From Gammaproteobacteria bacterium (GTDB taxonomy: Bacteria; Pseudomonadota; Gammaproteobacteria; Pseudomonadales; Cellvibrionaceae), in the NCBI GenBank assembly GCA_004172865.1, contig SEBV01000008.1, positions 85,933 through 149,932 on the forward strand: a stretch of 64,000 nt of DNA, in the 5' to 3' direction. The first letter of the stretch is position 1; each line of letters starts with the position of its first letter. Made by a program: the position numbers and the translations under genes. Positions 1-9,421 of this stretch are shown here, in pieces. Under the pieces are notes generated by a model. The model saw only the letters and a program-made list of their open reading frames with translations, ran no database searches and was not told the origin of the DNA.

Positions 1-1476
1 GTGGCAGGCAGAAATAATCGTAAACGTTTGGCCGATGCACTTTTACTCCGCGAAAACGAACTCAGAGCGCATCATGTGCAAGAGCTGCATCAATCTGCCT
101 TGCGCGAAGCCAGCTTGCAACAGGAATTAGCACAAGCAAAATTTCAGGTACAAGAGACAAAACAGGAATGGATTCAATTGAAAACTGTGCACCAACAATT
201 GCAAGAGCAAGCAAATATTCATCTACAGGATCTGGCTGCCGCGAGACAAGAATTACAGCAACTTACCGATACCCAAGTGCGTTTACAGCAAAAAGATACA
301 GCATTAATGAAAGTCACGGCGGAAGCGACTGAGCTGAGCACGCGCCTCGATCAGGAGCGCAAAAATTTTACTGAACAGCTCGCGATCTTACAAAATGCAA
401 AAGTTGAGCTATCGAAAGAGTTTGAAAATATCGCCAATAAGATTTTCGACAACAAGCAGCAACAATTTTCGCAATCCAGCAAAAGTCTGCTTGAAACAAC
501 ACTCGATCCGTTTAAATTACAATTGAACGACTTCCGTAAAAAAGTGGAAGATGTATACGAAAAGGAAAATGCAGATCGTAATCGTTTATCCGGTCAAGTA
601 TTGGAGTTGCAAAAGCAAGCGCAAAAAATTGGTGAGGATGCAGTCAATCTTGCGCAAGCATTAAAAGGTAATAATAAAGCGCAAGGCAATTGGGGCGAAG
701 TTGTTCTTGAGCGTTTGCTGGAAGAGTCTGGCTTACAAAAAGGGCGTGAATACGATACGCAACTGAGTTTCACCAGTGATGAGGGTTCGCGCCGCATGCC
801 GGATGTGATTATTCATTTGCCAGAACAGAAAGATATTATTATCGATTCAAAAGTATCGCTTATCGACTACGAAAAATTCTGCACTACGGATGATGATCAA
901 GAACGTAAATATCATTTAAACGCTCATGTGAATTCCCTGCGCGGACATATCAAAGGTTTAAATATTAAAGACTACGAAAAGCTTGAAGGTGTTAAATCTT
1001 TGGATTTTGTTTTTATTTTTATTCCAATCGAAGCCGCTTTTATGCTTGCCCTGCAGCACGAACCGAATCTATACCGCGAAGCTTATGACAAACACATTAT
1101 TCTTGTTAGTCCGACAACTTTGCTGGCGACTTTGCGTACTGTAGAGAATATCTGGCGTTACGAAAAACAAAATAAAAATGCTGAGCGTATCGCAAAAGAA
1201 GCAGGCGCTTTGCATGATCAATTCGTGTTGCTGTTGGATGCAATGGATAATATTCAAAATTATCTCGGTAAATCACAAGAAGCTTACAATACAGCGCGCA
1301 GCCGTCTACAAACTGGCCGTGGTAATTTAGTTAAACGTGTGGATGATCTTCGTCGCTTGGGCGCAAAAACAAAAAAGCGTATCGACGGTAATTTGGTGGA
1401 AGCGGACAATGAGCTTGATGAAACTACTTTGTTGATTGAATCAAATGAAAATGATGTGGTGGATTCGAACGAATGA
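1..1476 (+). CDS. rmuC: DNA recombination protein RmuC, 5'-partial because the window starts inside the gene
   Basis: Long N-terminal coiled coil, then the conserved RmuC nuclease-like core (PDVIIHLPEQKDIIIDSKVSL, IFIPIEAAF, ILVSPTTLLATL). The N-terminal membrane anchor is missing and the frame is open from base 1. Confidence 0.85.
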   Translation: MAGRNNRKRLADALLLRENELRAHHVQELHQSALREASLQQELAQAKFQVQETKQEWIQLKTVHQQLQEQANIHLQDLAAARQELQQLTDTQVRLQQKDTALMKVTAEATELSTRLDQERKNFTEQLAILQNAKVELSKEFENIANKIFDNKQQQFSQSSKSLLETTLDPFKLQLNDFRKKVEDVYEKENADRNRLSGQVLELQKQAQKIGEDAVNLAQALKGNNKAQGNWGEVVLERLLEESGLQKGREYDTQLSFTSDEGSRRMPDVIIHLPEQKDIIIDSKVSLIDYEKFCTTDDDQERKYHLNAHVNSLRGHIKGLNIKDYEKLEGVKSLDFVFIFIPIEAAFMLALQHEPNLYREAYDKHIILVSPTTLLATLRTVENIWRYEKQNKNAERIAKEAGALHDQFVLLLDAMDNIQNYLGKSQEAYNTARSRLQTGRGNLVKRVDDLRRLGAKTKKRIDGNLVEADNELDETTLLIESNENDVVDSNE

Positions 1477-1982
1477 GTTTTAACGTACGCTTAATGAAAC
1501 TAAATGATTTAATCGCTATCGAACATATTCAAGCAGAAGCCTACGCTGGTTATTTTTTGGAATCTGCCGAAGTTATCTCCCAGCGTTTTGAATTAAGCCC
1601 AACAACCGCATGGGTTGCTGAACGAGAAGGACATGTGTGTGCTTATTTAGTTTGCTATTGGTCGAGGGTAGGGAAAATAAATTCACTCAATGCGCCTTTT
1701 ACGTTTGTGGAAAATGCAAATTGTTTATATCTACATGACTTGGCGTTGTTAAAAATTGCGCAAGGTTTTGGTGTGGGTAAAAAATTGATCCATGCCGCAA
1801 TGGAGCACGCGTTAAGTAAATCTGCGCAAGCACTAGCACTTTTATCGGTACAAAATTCAAAAGAGTTTTGGAAAGGATTTGGTTTTTCTGAGTTTACTAA
1901 CTTGGAAAAAATGCAGCATGAAAATTTACACACTTATTTGGGAGGTGATGATTCTGCATTCTATATGGTCAAAGAGCTGTAG
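1473..1982 (+). CDS. GNAT-family N-acetyltransferase
   Basis: 169 aa with a GNAT-like core (LHDLALLKIAQGFGVGKKLI). Its start overlaps the rmuC stop by 4 nt (ATGA). Confidence 0.6.
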   Translation: MSFNVRLMKLNDLIAIEHIQAEAYAGYFLESAEVISQRFELSPTTAWVAEREGHVCAYLVCYWSRVGKINSLNAPFTFVENANCLYLHDLALLKIAQGFGVGKKLIHAAMEHALSKSAQALALLSVQNSKEFWKGFGFSEFTNLEKMQHENLHTYLGGDDSAFYMVKEL

Positions 1983-2065
1983 CATCATGCACCTGCAAGA
2001 ATGTTGTAATCCTAAAAATATTTTCAACATTCATTGCATGAGTGGCGGACAAAAAACTTCGAATT

Positions 2066-3154
2066 TTATTTCTTGCGTAGAGTTACACCAACTTCCAAAT
2101 GATGCGTATAGGGAAATTGATCAAACAAGGCGACATTAGTAATGTCGTGAGTTTGTGTAATGGTTTTTAAATTTTCACGCAAGGTCACCGGGTTACAAGA
2201 AATATACATGATGTTGTCGTAGCGCTGTGTAATGGATGTTGTGTGGGGGTCCATTCCTGAGCGCGGTGGGTCTACAAAAATACTTGTGAAGTTGTAACTA
2301 TCTAAATCAATTCCATCCAGGCGATTAAAGCTGCGTATTTTATCCATCGCTTGCGAAAAATCTTCGCTTGATAAGCGCGCAATAGCTACGTTGTTGATCT
2401 GATTTAATTCCATATTATAAAGCGCAGACTTTACAGACGGTTTGGCTAATTCTGTAGCCAGCACGCGTTTAAAGTTTTGCGATAACGGCAGTGTAAAATT
2501 TCCGTTGCCGCAATAAAGTTCAATTAAATCACCACTCCAGCCTTGGCTTTTATCAACCGCCCAAGTTAGCATTTTTTCGCATACACGCGCATTGGGTTGC
2601 GTGAAGCCGGATTCGATTTGTTGATAGTGAAATTGTTTATTGCCAACCGTTAATTGTTCAATGACGAAATCTTGCTCTACAACAATTTTTTGACCTTTGC
2701 TTCGGCCAATCACAAAAATGTTTAGTTTTGTTTGTAGCTCACGTGCAACTAAAATCCATTCTTCATCGAGTTTACGGTGATAAATGAGCGAAATTAACGC
2801 TTGCCCGCTCAGAGTAGTTAAGAAATCGATTTGAAATAACTTGGTGCGCAAAATTTCATTAGCGTTAATTTCCTCCATTAATTCAGTCATTAAGTGATTC
2901 ATTAACTCAGAACCAATGGGAAACTCAGTAATATCGTAGGCACGTTTAAATTCATCATCACTAAACATGCAATAGGTCGACACTGGGCCCTTATGCCAAA
3001 TGCGAAATTCCGCGCGCATGCGGAAATTTTTTTCGGTTGATTCAAATACTACAGGTTCGGGAAATAAAAATTCGGAAAAATCTTGTTTGAAGTTAGCGAG
3101 TTTTTCGGCGAGTTGCGCTTGGTACTCTGCCGGAGTGTACGATGTTTGTGTCAT
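2066..3154 (-). CDS. trmA: tRNA (uracil54-C5)-methyltransferase TrmA
   Basis: Colinear with E. coli TrmA along the full length (YRMRAEFRIWH, LFQIDFLTT, ELYCGNGNF, FVDPPRSG, ISCNP, LFDQFPYTHH). Confidence 0.93.
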   Translation of the reverse strand: MTQTSYTPAEYQAQLAEKLANFKQDFSEFLFPEPVVFESTEKNFRMRAEFRIWHKGPVSTYCMFSDDEFKRAYDITEFPIGSELMNHLMTELMEEINANEILRTKLFQIDFLTTLSGQALISLIYHRKLDEEWILVARELQTKLNIFVIGRSKGQKIVVEQDFVIEQLTVGNKQFHYQQIESGFTQPNARVCEKMLTWAVDKSQGWSGDLIELYCGNGNFTLPLSQNFKRVLATELAKPSVKSALYNMELNQINNVAIARLSSEDFSQAMDKIRSFNRLDGIDLDSYNFTSIFVDPPRSGMDPHTTSITQRYDNIMYISCNPVTLRENLKTITQTHDITNVALFDQFPYTHHLEVGVTLRKK

Positions 3155-3183
3155 AAGTTACTTATATAGGTGAAGGAATAACA

Positions 3184-4710
3184 TTAAATATCAAGCGAAA
3201 ATTGGCGTTCACCGGTTAAGGGCAAACGAATTTTGAAGGTGGCGCCTTTACCGTATTGAGAGCTTAGGCTGATTTTACCTTTATGATGTTCGGTAATAAT
3301 AAAATAGCTGACCGATAGGCCCAATCCTGTGCCTTTGCCAACCTCTTTGGTGGTGAAAAAGGGTTCAAAGATATGGGTTTTATGACTATCTTTAATACCT
3401 GGGCCATTATCACTGAATTCAATAATAATTTCGGATTTTTTCAGTTGCGCCGAAATTTCTATACGCATTTCTCTTGGTTGTTCATACTCATCAGAAACCA
3501 ATGCCTGATAAGAATTTCGTAACAAATTTAAGAAAACTTGTTGCAATTCAGCGGAGGATGCGAAAATTAAAGGAATATCAGCGCCGATATTGGTAACAAC
3601 TTTAATGTCTGCCATTTTGCTATTTTCGGTGAAACCTGTGTTGCGATTGAACTCGACTGATTGCGTTATTATTTTACCTAGATCTAGCCAATTTTTTTCA
3701 GCATGATTGTTATGCGAAAATTCCAGCATGTTAGTGATAATTTTCCCAGCGCGTTCGCCAGCTTCTTTGATGTTATCTAAAAACTGTGGAATATCTCGTT
3801 CGTTTAAGTAGCTAGTAATCTGATCAAACTCTAGTTTATGTTTGCCCGCGGCGGTTAAGTTACCCGTTAAATCTGGTGATGTCCGCCGAGTAATATTTTG
3901 TACATTATGCAAAATAATTCCTAATGGATTATTCATCTCGTGAGCAATACCCGCAGCAAGCTCTCCGAGGGAAGACATTTTTTCATTTTGGATCATCATG
4001 TTTTCAAGTTGAATGCGCTTGGTAACATCTTTTAATTGAATCACCGCGCCGGATGTCTGCCCGCTTGCGATTTGTCCGCTAATGAGAGGGTAAATTCTCA
4101 AGTCGTAAAAGCGCTGTTCATCTTCTTCCAATTGCTGAAGTTGTCGATTAATAAAAGGTTGCTGACCTTTAATGATATTGGTTAGCTGCTCACTTGATAC
4201 AGGAAGCTGCGGTAGGGCGGTTAATATATAGGTCCCCAAAGCTTTATCGAACGAGGTTCCTGTGCGCTCAAATGCAGCTATGTTCCAGTAGGTGACTTTT
4301 CCATCTGCATCGACACCGACTAAAATATCGGGCACTGAATTAATCATGGTTTGCAGGTGGCGTTTGGTGTCTTGCAATTGTACTGCGATAGTTTTGTGAT
4401 TTTGAATCACCGTTTCCAATTCATCATTTTTTTGATGAATACTTTGGGTGCGTTCCTGAATTTTTTGTTCAAGATCTTTTTGATGCAATTTTAATAAATT
4501 TTTGGCGGCTTTATTTTTTAAACGGCTGTGTTGTAAACCGGCAATAAGTGCAGTTTGGATTATCAACAATCCTGCAATGATAATTAGCAAGGTCAAGCTC
4601 GTGACTATTTCTTTGCCTGCTGCAAAGCATGGATTCACCGCGCACAATAATACAGCCGTGGTCACGGCTTTCAGGAAGTTAAGATCCTTGTATTGGCGGG
4701 TGTAGGTCAT
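3184..4710 (-). CDS. Membrane-bound PAS-domain sensor histidine kinase with no adjacent response regulator
   Basis: Signal/TM segment plus a second TM, a coiled coil, a PAS-like region, an H-box (AAGIAHEMNNPL) and N/G boxes (NLLRNS, DNGPGI, GTGLGL). It ends 29 nt before trmA on the same strand. Confidence 0.85.
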   Translation of the reverse strand: MTYTRQYKDLNFLKAVTTAVLLCAVNPCFAAGKEIVTSLTLLIIIAGLLIIQTALIAGLQHSRLKNKAAKNLLKLHQKDLEQKIQERTQSIHQKNDELETVIQNHKTIAVQLQDTKRHLQTMINSVPDILVGVDADGKVTYWNIAAFERTGTSFDKALGTYILTALPQLPVSSEQLTNIIKGQQPFINRQLQQLEEDEQRFYDLRIYPLISGQIASGQTSGAVIQLKDVTKRIQLENMMIQNEKMSSLGELAAGIAHEMNNPLGIILHNVQNITRRTSPDLTGNLTAAGKHKLEFDQITSYLNERDIPQFLDNIKEAGERAGKIITNMLEFSHNNHAEKNWLDLGKIITQSVEFNRNTGFTENSKMADIKVVTNIGADIPLIFASSAELQQVFLNLLRNSYQALVSDEYEQPREMRIEISAQLKKSEIIIEFSDNGPGIKDSHKTHIFEPFFTTKEVGKGTGLGLSVSYFIITEHHKGKISLSSQYGKGATFKIRLPLTGERQFSLDI

Positions 4711-4893
4711 CGGTAATCATTACTTGAGAAAAGATTGGCTATTGTCGCACCGACTGCGCCAACTCAAAAGTCAAAAGCTGTGTTTTTGTTCGTTTATCCT
4801 AAGTAGTTTTATTTTCGCTTTATACCTTACCTGTGATTTATTGGACGACACTTGAGCGCTTTTTAAGCACTCAATAAGTTGATGAAAAAAGGT

Positions 4894-4921
4894 TTGACAG
4901 CCCCTCAAAATTAGGTAGAAT
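4894..4921 (+). promoter_or_regulatory. Sigma70-type promoter for the tRNA-Val/tRNA-Asp pair
   Basis: TTGACA (4894-4899), a 16-nt spacer, then TAGAAT (4916-4921). A GC-rich discriminator (GCGCACC) follows, about 10-15 nt before tRNA-Val. Confidence 0.6.
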
Positions 4922-4937
4922 GCGCACCTCTCAGCAA

Positions 4938-5013
4938 GGGCGGTTAGCTCAGTTGGTAGAGCAATGCCCTTACAAGGCATGGGTCACAAGTTCGAGTCTT
5001 GTACCGCCCACCA
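4938..5013 (+). tRNA. tRNA-Val (anticodon UAC)
   Basis: Cloverleaf folded by hand. Acceptor GGGCGGT/ACCGCCC, D arm GCTC/GAGC, anticodon stem ATGCC/GGCAT with loop CTTACAA, T arm ACAAG-TTCGAGT-CTTGT, and an encoded CCA. Confidence 0.95.
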
Positions 5014-5045
5014 CTTAAATGTGTTGTTTAGTTGAGATGTTTTGC

Positions 5046-5122
5046 GGACCGGTAGTTCAGCCGGTTAGAATGCCGGCCTGTCACGCCGGAGGTCGCGGGT
5101 TCGAGCCCCGTCCGGTCCGCCA
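5046..5122 (+). tRNA. tRNA-Asp (anticodon GUC)
   Basis: Acceptor GGACCGG/CCGGTCC, anticodon stem CCGGC/GCCGG with loop CTGTCAC, T arm GCGGG-TTCGAGC-CCCGT, discriminator G and CCA. Nearly colinear with E. coli tRNA-Asp. Confidence 0.95.
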
Positions 5123-5131
5123 CTAATTTTT

Positions 5132-5160
5132 AAAAAGCTGCCTTAGGGCGGCTTTTTTTT
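5132..5160 (+). terminator. Rho-independent terminator after the tRNA pair
   Basis: Stem AGCTGCC / GGCGGCT with a 4-nt loop, followed by a run of eight T. Confidence 0.75.
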
Positions 5161-5326
5161 GTTCTTTGGTTTACCTTTTGGCGTTGAGTGTCTCGTAGTA
5201 TTACAAAAGGGAATTGAATTATATTTGAGCTACCGGCTTGTCAAAGTATTATCGTAATTTAATCGTAGGCTCCGCTTCGCAAATAGTTATTCAGAAAAGT
5301 GCAGAGGCAACAAAAAGGATCGTCCA

Positions 5327-6481
5327 ATGACACATCATCGCATTCTGCTCATATTAGAAACCATCCATGGACAAATTGGAGGGACAGAGCAGAATACTCT
5401 ACGCTTTGCGCAAGCCCTGTTAGAGCGGGGTCACCATCCTACAATCGTGGAAGTAGGATCAAAAATTCTTTCAAAAAGTGATGATGCTAGGGGATTGGAG
5501 TTGTTCAATGTGCCCGCCACTAAGTTTGAGGATGTCACAATTAAGGAGTGGCGTAATCTAATCAAGGAGACTCGGCCTCAAATAATTATTCGATCAAAAA
5601 CTTGGGTTGGCTGTGTAAACTGGAAATTAGATTTGGTTGCTTATTTAGCTGATGCTCAATATCTGGGCTGGGAACATCATCCTGCCAATGAGCCAGTTAA
5701 CGATAATGTTAAAATCAAAACGCAAATAAAAAGGTTTATTCGTAAATGGTTGCATGCACGTGCAGTGAAGCGTTCGGTTGCTGTAAGTAATGCAGTGCGT
5801 GATCCATTGATTGAGTTCTTCCCAGTACCCGCTTCCAAAATTGACTTAATCTATCCTGGCGTGGACTTTGCAATTTTTAAGCATACAGGTAGAGCACGTG
5901 AAGAGCTAAGGGCAGTGTGGGGTATTCCGCAATCCGCATTTGTTATTGGTTCGCTCGGTCGTTTAGTAGCTCACAAAGGTAATGATTTTACATTGCGTGT
6001 GATGGCGGAGTTGCTTAAAAAAAATCCTGAATTAGACGTTTGGTGCGTTCTGGCAGGTAGAGGCCCAGATCTAGCTCGCCTCCAAAAACTTGCCGAAGAA
6101 TTTGGAATAATTGAGCGAGTTTGTTTCCCAGGCTGGCAAGAAAGTGCACCTAAAGCTTGGAACGCTCTAGATTTATTTCTCATGCCCTCGTCTGATGAAG
6201 GGTTAGGAATGACTTTAATTGAGGCTGCGGCCTGCGGTTGCATGCCGCTTGGTGCTGCGGTAGGAGGTATGAAAGAGATTCTGAGCGGCCCTTTGATAAC
6301 CTACAGTTTACCGCCCGTCGATACCGATGCGTGGGCAACTGCCGTTGCTAGAGTAATTTCACTGACTTCATTGCAACGAAAACAAGAGCATGAGATTGTC
6401 TATGATGATCTGCGAAGAAGATTTGATGCGTCAATCCAATGGAATCTAATGGTGGATTGGGTGGAGGCACAAGTCAGTTAA
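5327..6481 (+). CDS. Glycosyltransferase, GT4 / GT-B fold family
   Basis: 384 aa with a C-terminal GT1/GT4 signature (LFLMPSSDEGLGMTLIEAAACGCMPLG). AAGGA lies 8 nt before the ATG. Confidence 0.8.
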   Translation: MTHHRILLILETIHGQIGGTEQNTLRFAQALLERGHHPTIVEVGSKILSKSDDARGLELFNVPATKFEDVTIKEWRNLIKETRPQIIIRSKTWVGCVNWKLDLVAYLADAQYLGWEHHPANEPVNDNVKIKTQIKRFIRKWLHARAVKRSVAVSNAVRDPLIEFFPVPASKIDLIYPGVDFAIFKHTGRAREELRAVWGIPQSAFVIGSLGRLVAHKGNDFTLRVMAELLKKNPELDVWCVLAGRGPDLARLQKLAEEFGIIERVCFPGWQESAPKAWNALDLFLMPSSDEGLGMTLIEAAACGCMPLGAAVGGMKEILSGPLITYSLPPVDTDAWATAVARVISLTSLQRKQEHEIVYDDLRRRFDASIQWNLMVDWVEAQVS

Positions 6482-6620
6482 ATCAATGGATATTAAAATG
6501 TGTTTTTAATTCACTGATTTGTCATTTTAGATTGTTAATCTAAGGTTGATGGAACTGATAGGCTAAAGCAAAGGTCTGTTAGTTATCATAAAACTAGCGA
6601 AACAACTAAAAAGGGTTTTT

Positions 6621-6701
6621 ATGGACGACTATATTGAAGATTTACTAGAGGATGTTGAAGATTTTGATGATGATATCGCCGACGATTATTCCGATATCTA
6701 A
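6621..6701 (+). CDS. Candidate mini-ORF encoding a 26-aa hyper-acidic peptide (MDDYIEDLLEDVEDFDDDIADDYSDI)
   Basis: ATG preceded by AAGGG with a 5-nt spacer. 14 of 26 residues are D/E and none are basic. It sits in a 512-bp gap with no track ORFs (60 aa or more) apart from one overlapping antisense ORF at its 3' edge. Confidence 0.25.
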   Translation: MDDYIEDLLEDVEDFDDDIADDYSDI

Positions 6702-6993
6702 ATTACAAGTTTCTCCGCAAACGCTTTTCCCGCAGTTCAGCTTCTCGATTATCTCACCTGATTTTTCCTGCAACGCTGGCTAAGCCAGTGTTTGACGCTT
6801 CCATTCGCCGTAAAATGCCAGGGCAATCACATCGGTTTTTGTGAGCAATACCAATAATATTCGTCGAGTAGACCGCAAATCTGGCTTAAATAATGATTTT
6901 GCGGCAGCTATCAATTAGATAAAAAATAACCTGACTTATACTCAAGGGTAATTCTGGCAGCGCCGGCTGTCGCATATCTCGCTCCATGGAATT

Positions 6994-8343
6994 ATGCTTA
7001 TGACTTTAGAAAGCACGGACACAATAGAGGCGGTAGTCTTGTTCGCTGAAGATGTGATTACTCGTGAACTTTTATATCCTGAGTTTGAAGCTATTCTTGA
7101 TGGCTTTGTTCCCGTGCCTGATTTTAAAGGCGCCACGGCCAAGGCGGTTTATCTCGCTATTAATTCCAATCTTTGTATTACTTCAGCTGTTTTCTTCCTT
7201 ATGGACTTTGACGGCAAAGGTATGATTGATCGTCGTTGGAATATTCCCTTGCAACAACTTGCTGAGGCCTCAGGTAAAGGCCCGAATATGGGGGCGGGGC
7301 CAATTCGTCTAGCCTGCTTCAGCCAATGTGGTATTGGTTGGCACCAGAAAAAACTTTGGGATCCGGTAATGGACCCAGCTAAATCAAGCTTCGCGCAACT
7401 AAAAAAGTCGGTTGCCAATAATCGCATGGGTCTGATTTTTAAGAAGCCTTTGCAGGAGCGCGAGGCAACTGTGTCTTCGGAGCCACAGCAAAGTACCGTG
7501 GCTATCCAACAAATCCATGAACATTATTCGCAAGAATTGCGCAATCAGATGGCAGCCTTGATCAAGGAGCAGCGTTTCCACGTTGCGACGCTACATTCAA
7601 AACAGCAAGAGACACTGCAAAAACTTCAGCACGAGCATCAGCATCGATTACAGGCTTATCAGGAGAAAGTGAAAGAACTTAAAGCCCAAAATGCAGAGTT
7701 GGAGGGACGCAATCAATCGCTTAAAGAGAGTTTTAATGTTCAAACAAGCAAAGTTGAAGGCATGCGCGAATATTTTTCCCATAAGCTAAAAGCAGCCCAA
7801 AGCGATGAAAATAGCCAGATTCAAGCACTGCAAGAAAATTTCGCGATTGAAATGGATTTAAAGCTGCAAACGGCGACTGCCGAGTTACATGAAATGCTAG
7901 AGATGCGCGAAGTAGAATTGTTTTATCGCCATCAAAATGAAACGACGCTAAAAGAAGAAATTGTAAAAATTAAGCAGGATTACCAGGAGCTGCTTAATAA
8001 TAGCGGTGAACAAGTGCTGACGCGTTTGGATCGCGCCGGAATTAACTTTGTTGTTTATCATCCCGGAGCTGGTCAATTTACTATTCCGCTCGCTGATTTG
8101 AGTCGATACATGCAAAACCCAACGGCTTACGTCGCGAAAAATTCCGGTGTGGGCGAGCGGCTTTATTCAACCTGGTTTGAGCATTATCAAAACCCTATTT
8201 GTAATGGTACGGATGTAAATGGCCATAAATGTGGTGAAGCTTTAGTTCGCATAGGTTCTCCTGTGGAGTTTCATGAGGGTGAAAGCGACCATTGTGAGCA
8301 TCATCAACTCATTTCTTATAAACTGGTCTCAGAAAAGCGATGA
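6994..8343 (+). CDS. Hypothetical protein: globular N-domain, long coiled coil, C-terminal Cys/His-rich domain
   Basis: 449-aa ORF. Residues about 170-330 are heptad-like and Q/E/K-rich. The C-terminus carries CNGTDVNGHKCGE...HEGESDHCEHH. The start is ambiguous (ATG at 6994 or 7000) and the SD is weak. Confidence 0.6.
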   Translation: MLMTLESTDTIEAVVLFAEDVITRELLYPEFEAILDGFVPVPDFKGATAKAVYLAINSNLCITSAVFFLMDFDGKGMIDRRWNIPLQQLAEASGKGPNMGAGPIRLACFSQCGIGWHQKKLWDPVMDPAKSSFAQLKKSVANNRMGLIFKKPLQEREATVSSEPQQSTVAIQQIHEHYSQELRNQMAALIKEQRFHVATLHSKQQETLQKLQHEHQHRLQAYQEKVKELKAQNAELEGRNQSLKESFNVQTSKVEGMREYFSHKLKAAQSDENSQIQALQENFAIEMDLKLQTATAELHEMLEMREVELFYRHQNETTLKEEIVKIKQDYQELLNNSGEQVLTRLDRAGINFVVYHPGAGQFTIPLADLSRYMQNPTAYVAKNSGVGERLYSTWFEHYQNPICNGTDVNGHKCGEALVRIGSPVEFHEGESDHCEHHQLISYKLVSEKR

Positions 8344-8389
8344 TGTCGTATTGATGTTGAGTTGAATCCGTATTGAGAGTTAATGAGAG

Positions 8390-9352
8390 TTGATTAATTT
8401 ACTATCTGAAGATGAGTTTTTAGAGCGGACGGCAAATGTTCCGTTGCAACGAGTGCCGTGGGATTTAGCGAAACAGAAAGGTGTGGATGTATTCATAAGA
8501 CGTGACGATCTTATCGATACTCATTTAAGTGGAAATAAATTTTACAAATTATTTTATAACTTACATGCCGCTAAAGATTCGGGGTATCAACAATTACTAA
8601 GTTTTGGCGGCGCTCATTCCAACCATATTTATGCTTTGGCAATGGCGGCGAAATTTTCTGGATTTAAGTGCATAGGTGTTATTCGTGGTGAACGGTCACG
8701 ACAATTAAGTGCAACATTGTTAGATGCAGAATCTGCTGGCATGAAATTGCATTTTGTTTCGCGCACAGATTATCGAGAGAAAAATTCGCAAGAGTTAAGG
8801 GGTAGTTTAAACCGTTTGTATGGTGATTTTTTTGAGATTCCTGAGGGCGGTGCTAACAATTACGGCGTCATAGGTACTACAGCTTTAGGTACAGCAATAT
8901 CTCAACAAGTGAAAGGCGACTATACTTCGATTTGCATCGCCGCTGGTACCGCTAGCACGCTCGCGGGAGTTGCTTCAGGTGTAGCGATGGGTGACCAAAA
9001 TCTTAACACTGATGACAAAAAAGTTATAGGTTTTTCGGTGTTAAAAGGCGATGGTGATTTAGGTTCAGATCTTATCAATCACCAGCATGCTATTAATAGT
9101 GAAACAAATAACTGGCGGTTAATTAGTGGTTATCATTGCGGTGGCTACGCAAAAAAATTACCGAATTATTTGCGTCAGTTTATGAGTGAGTTTGAAGCCA
9201 CTGCAAATTTACAGCTTGATCCCGTTTATACCGTAAAAATGTGTTGGGGCGTCGCGCAGTTACTGGTGCAGAATTATTGGCCTCGTGGTAGCAAGATTAT
9301 TTTGATACACACGGGTGGTTTACAAGGTCGGCGTGGTTTTGGGCTGTTCTAA
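8390..9352 (+). CDS. PLP-dependent 1-aminocyclopropane-1-carboxylate deaminase / D-cysteine desulfhydrase family protein
   Basis: Motif SGNKFYKL matches the PLP-lysine motif GNKxRKL. A Gly-rich loop (AAGTASTLAG) and C-terminal HTGG are present. The predicted start is TTG, so the start is uncertain. Confidence 0.7.
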   Translation: MINLLSEDEFLERTANVPLQRVPWDLAKQKGVDVFIRRDDLIDTHLSGNKFYKLFYNLHAAKDSGYQQLLSFGGAHSNHIYALAMAAKFSGFKCIGVIRGERSRQLSATLLDAESAGMKLHFVSRTDYREKNSQELRGSLNRLYGDFFEIPEGGANNYGVIGTTALGTAISQQVKGDYTSICIAAGTASTLAGVASGVAMGDQNLNTDDKKVIGFSVLKGDGDLGSDLINHQHAINSETNNWRLISGYHCGGYAKKLPNYLRQFMSEFEATANLQLDPVYTVKMCWGVAQLLVQNYWPRGSKIILIHTGGLQGRRGFGLF

Positions 9353-9421
9353 ACAGTCAAACTTTTTCGATTAAATATTTTTTATAATTGACCTTACTGC
9401 TGTAGAGAGAAGGAATATTTT

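Noticed and set aside
4771-4980. 69-aa minus-strand ORF overlapping tRNA-Val and its promoter
   Set aside because: It overlaps a confidently folded tRNA and a consensus promoter, so it is a frame artefact.
5123-8389. Possible genomic island inserted at tRNA-Asp (glycosyltransferase, gap, unknown 449-aa protein)
   Set aside because: No integrase or mobility gene is present. By eye I found no direct repeat of the tRNA-Asp 3' end downstream. Composition does not look clearly different from the flanks. A whole-genome comparison would be needed to test this.
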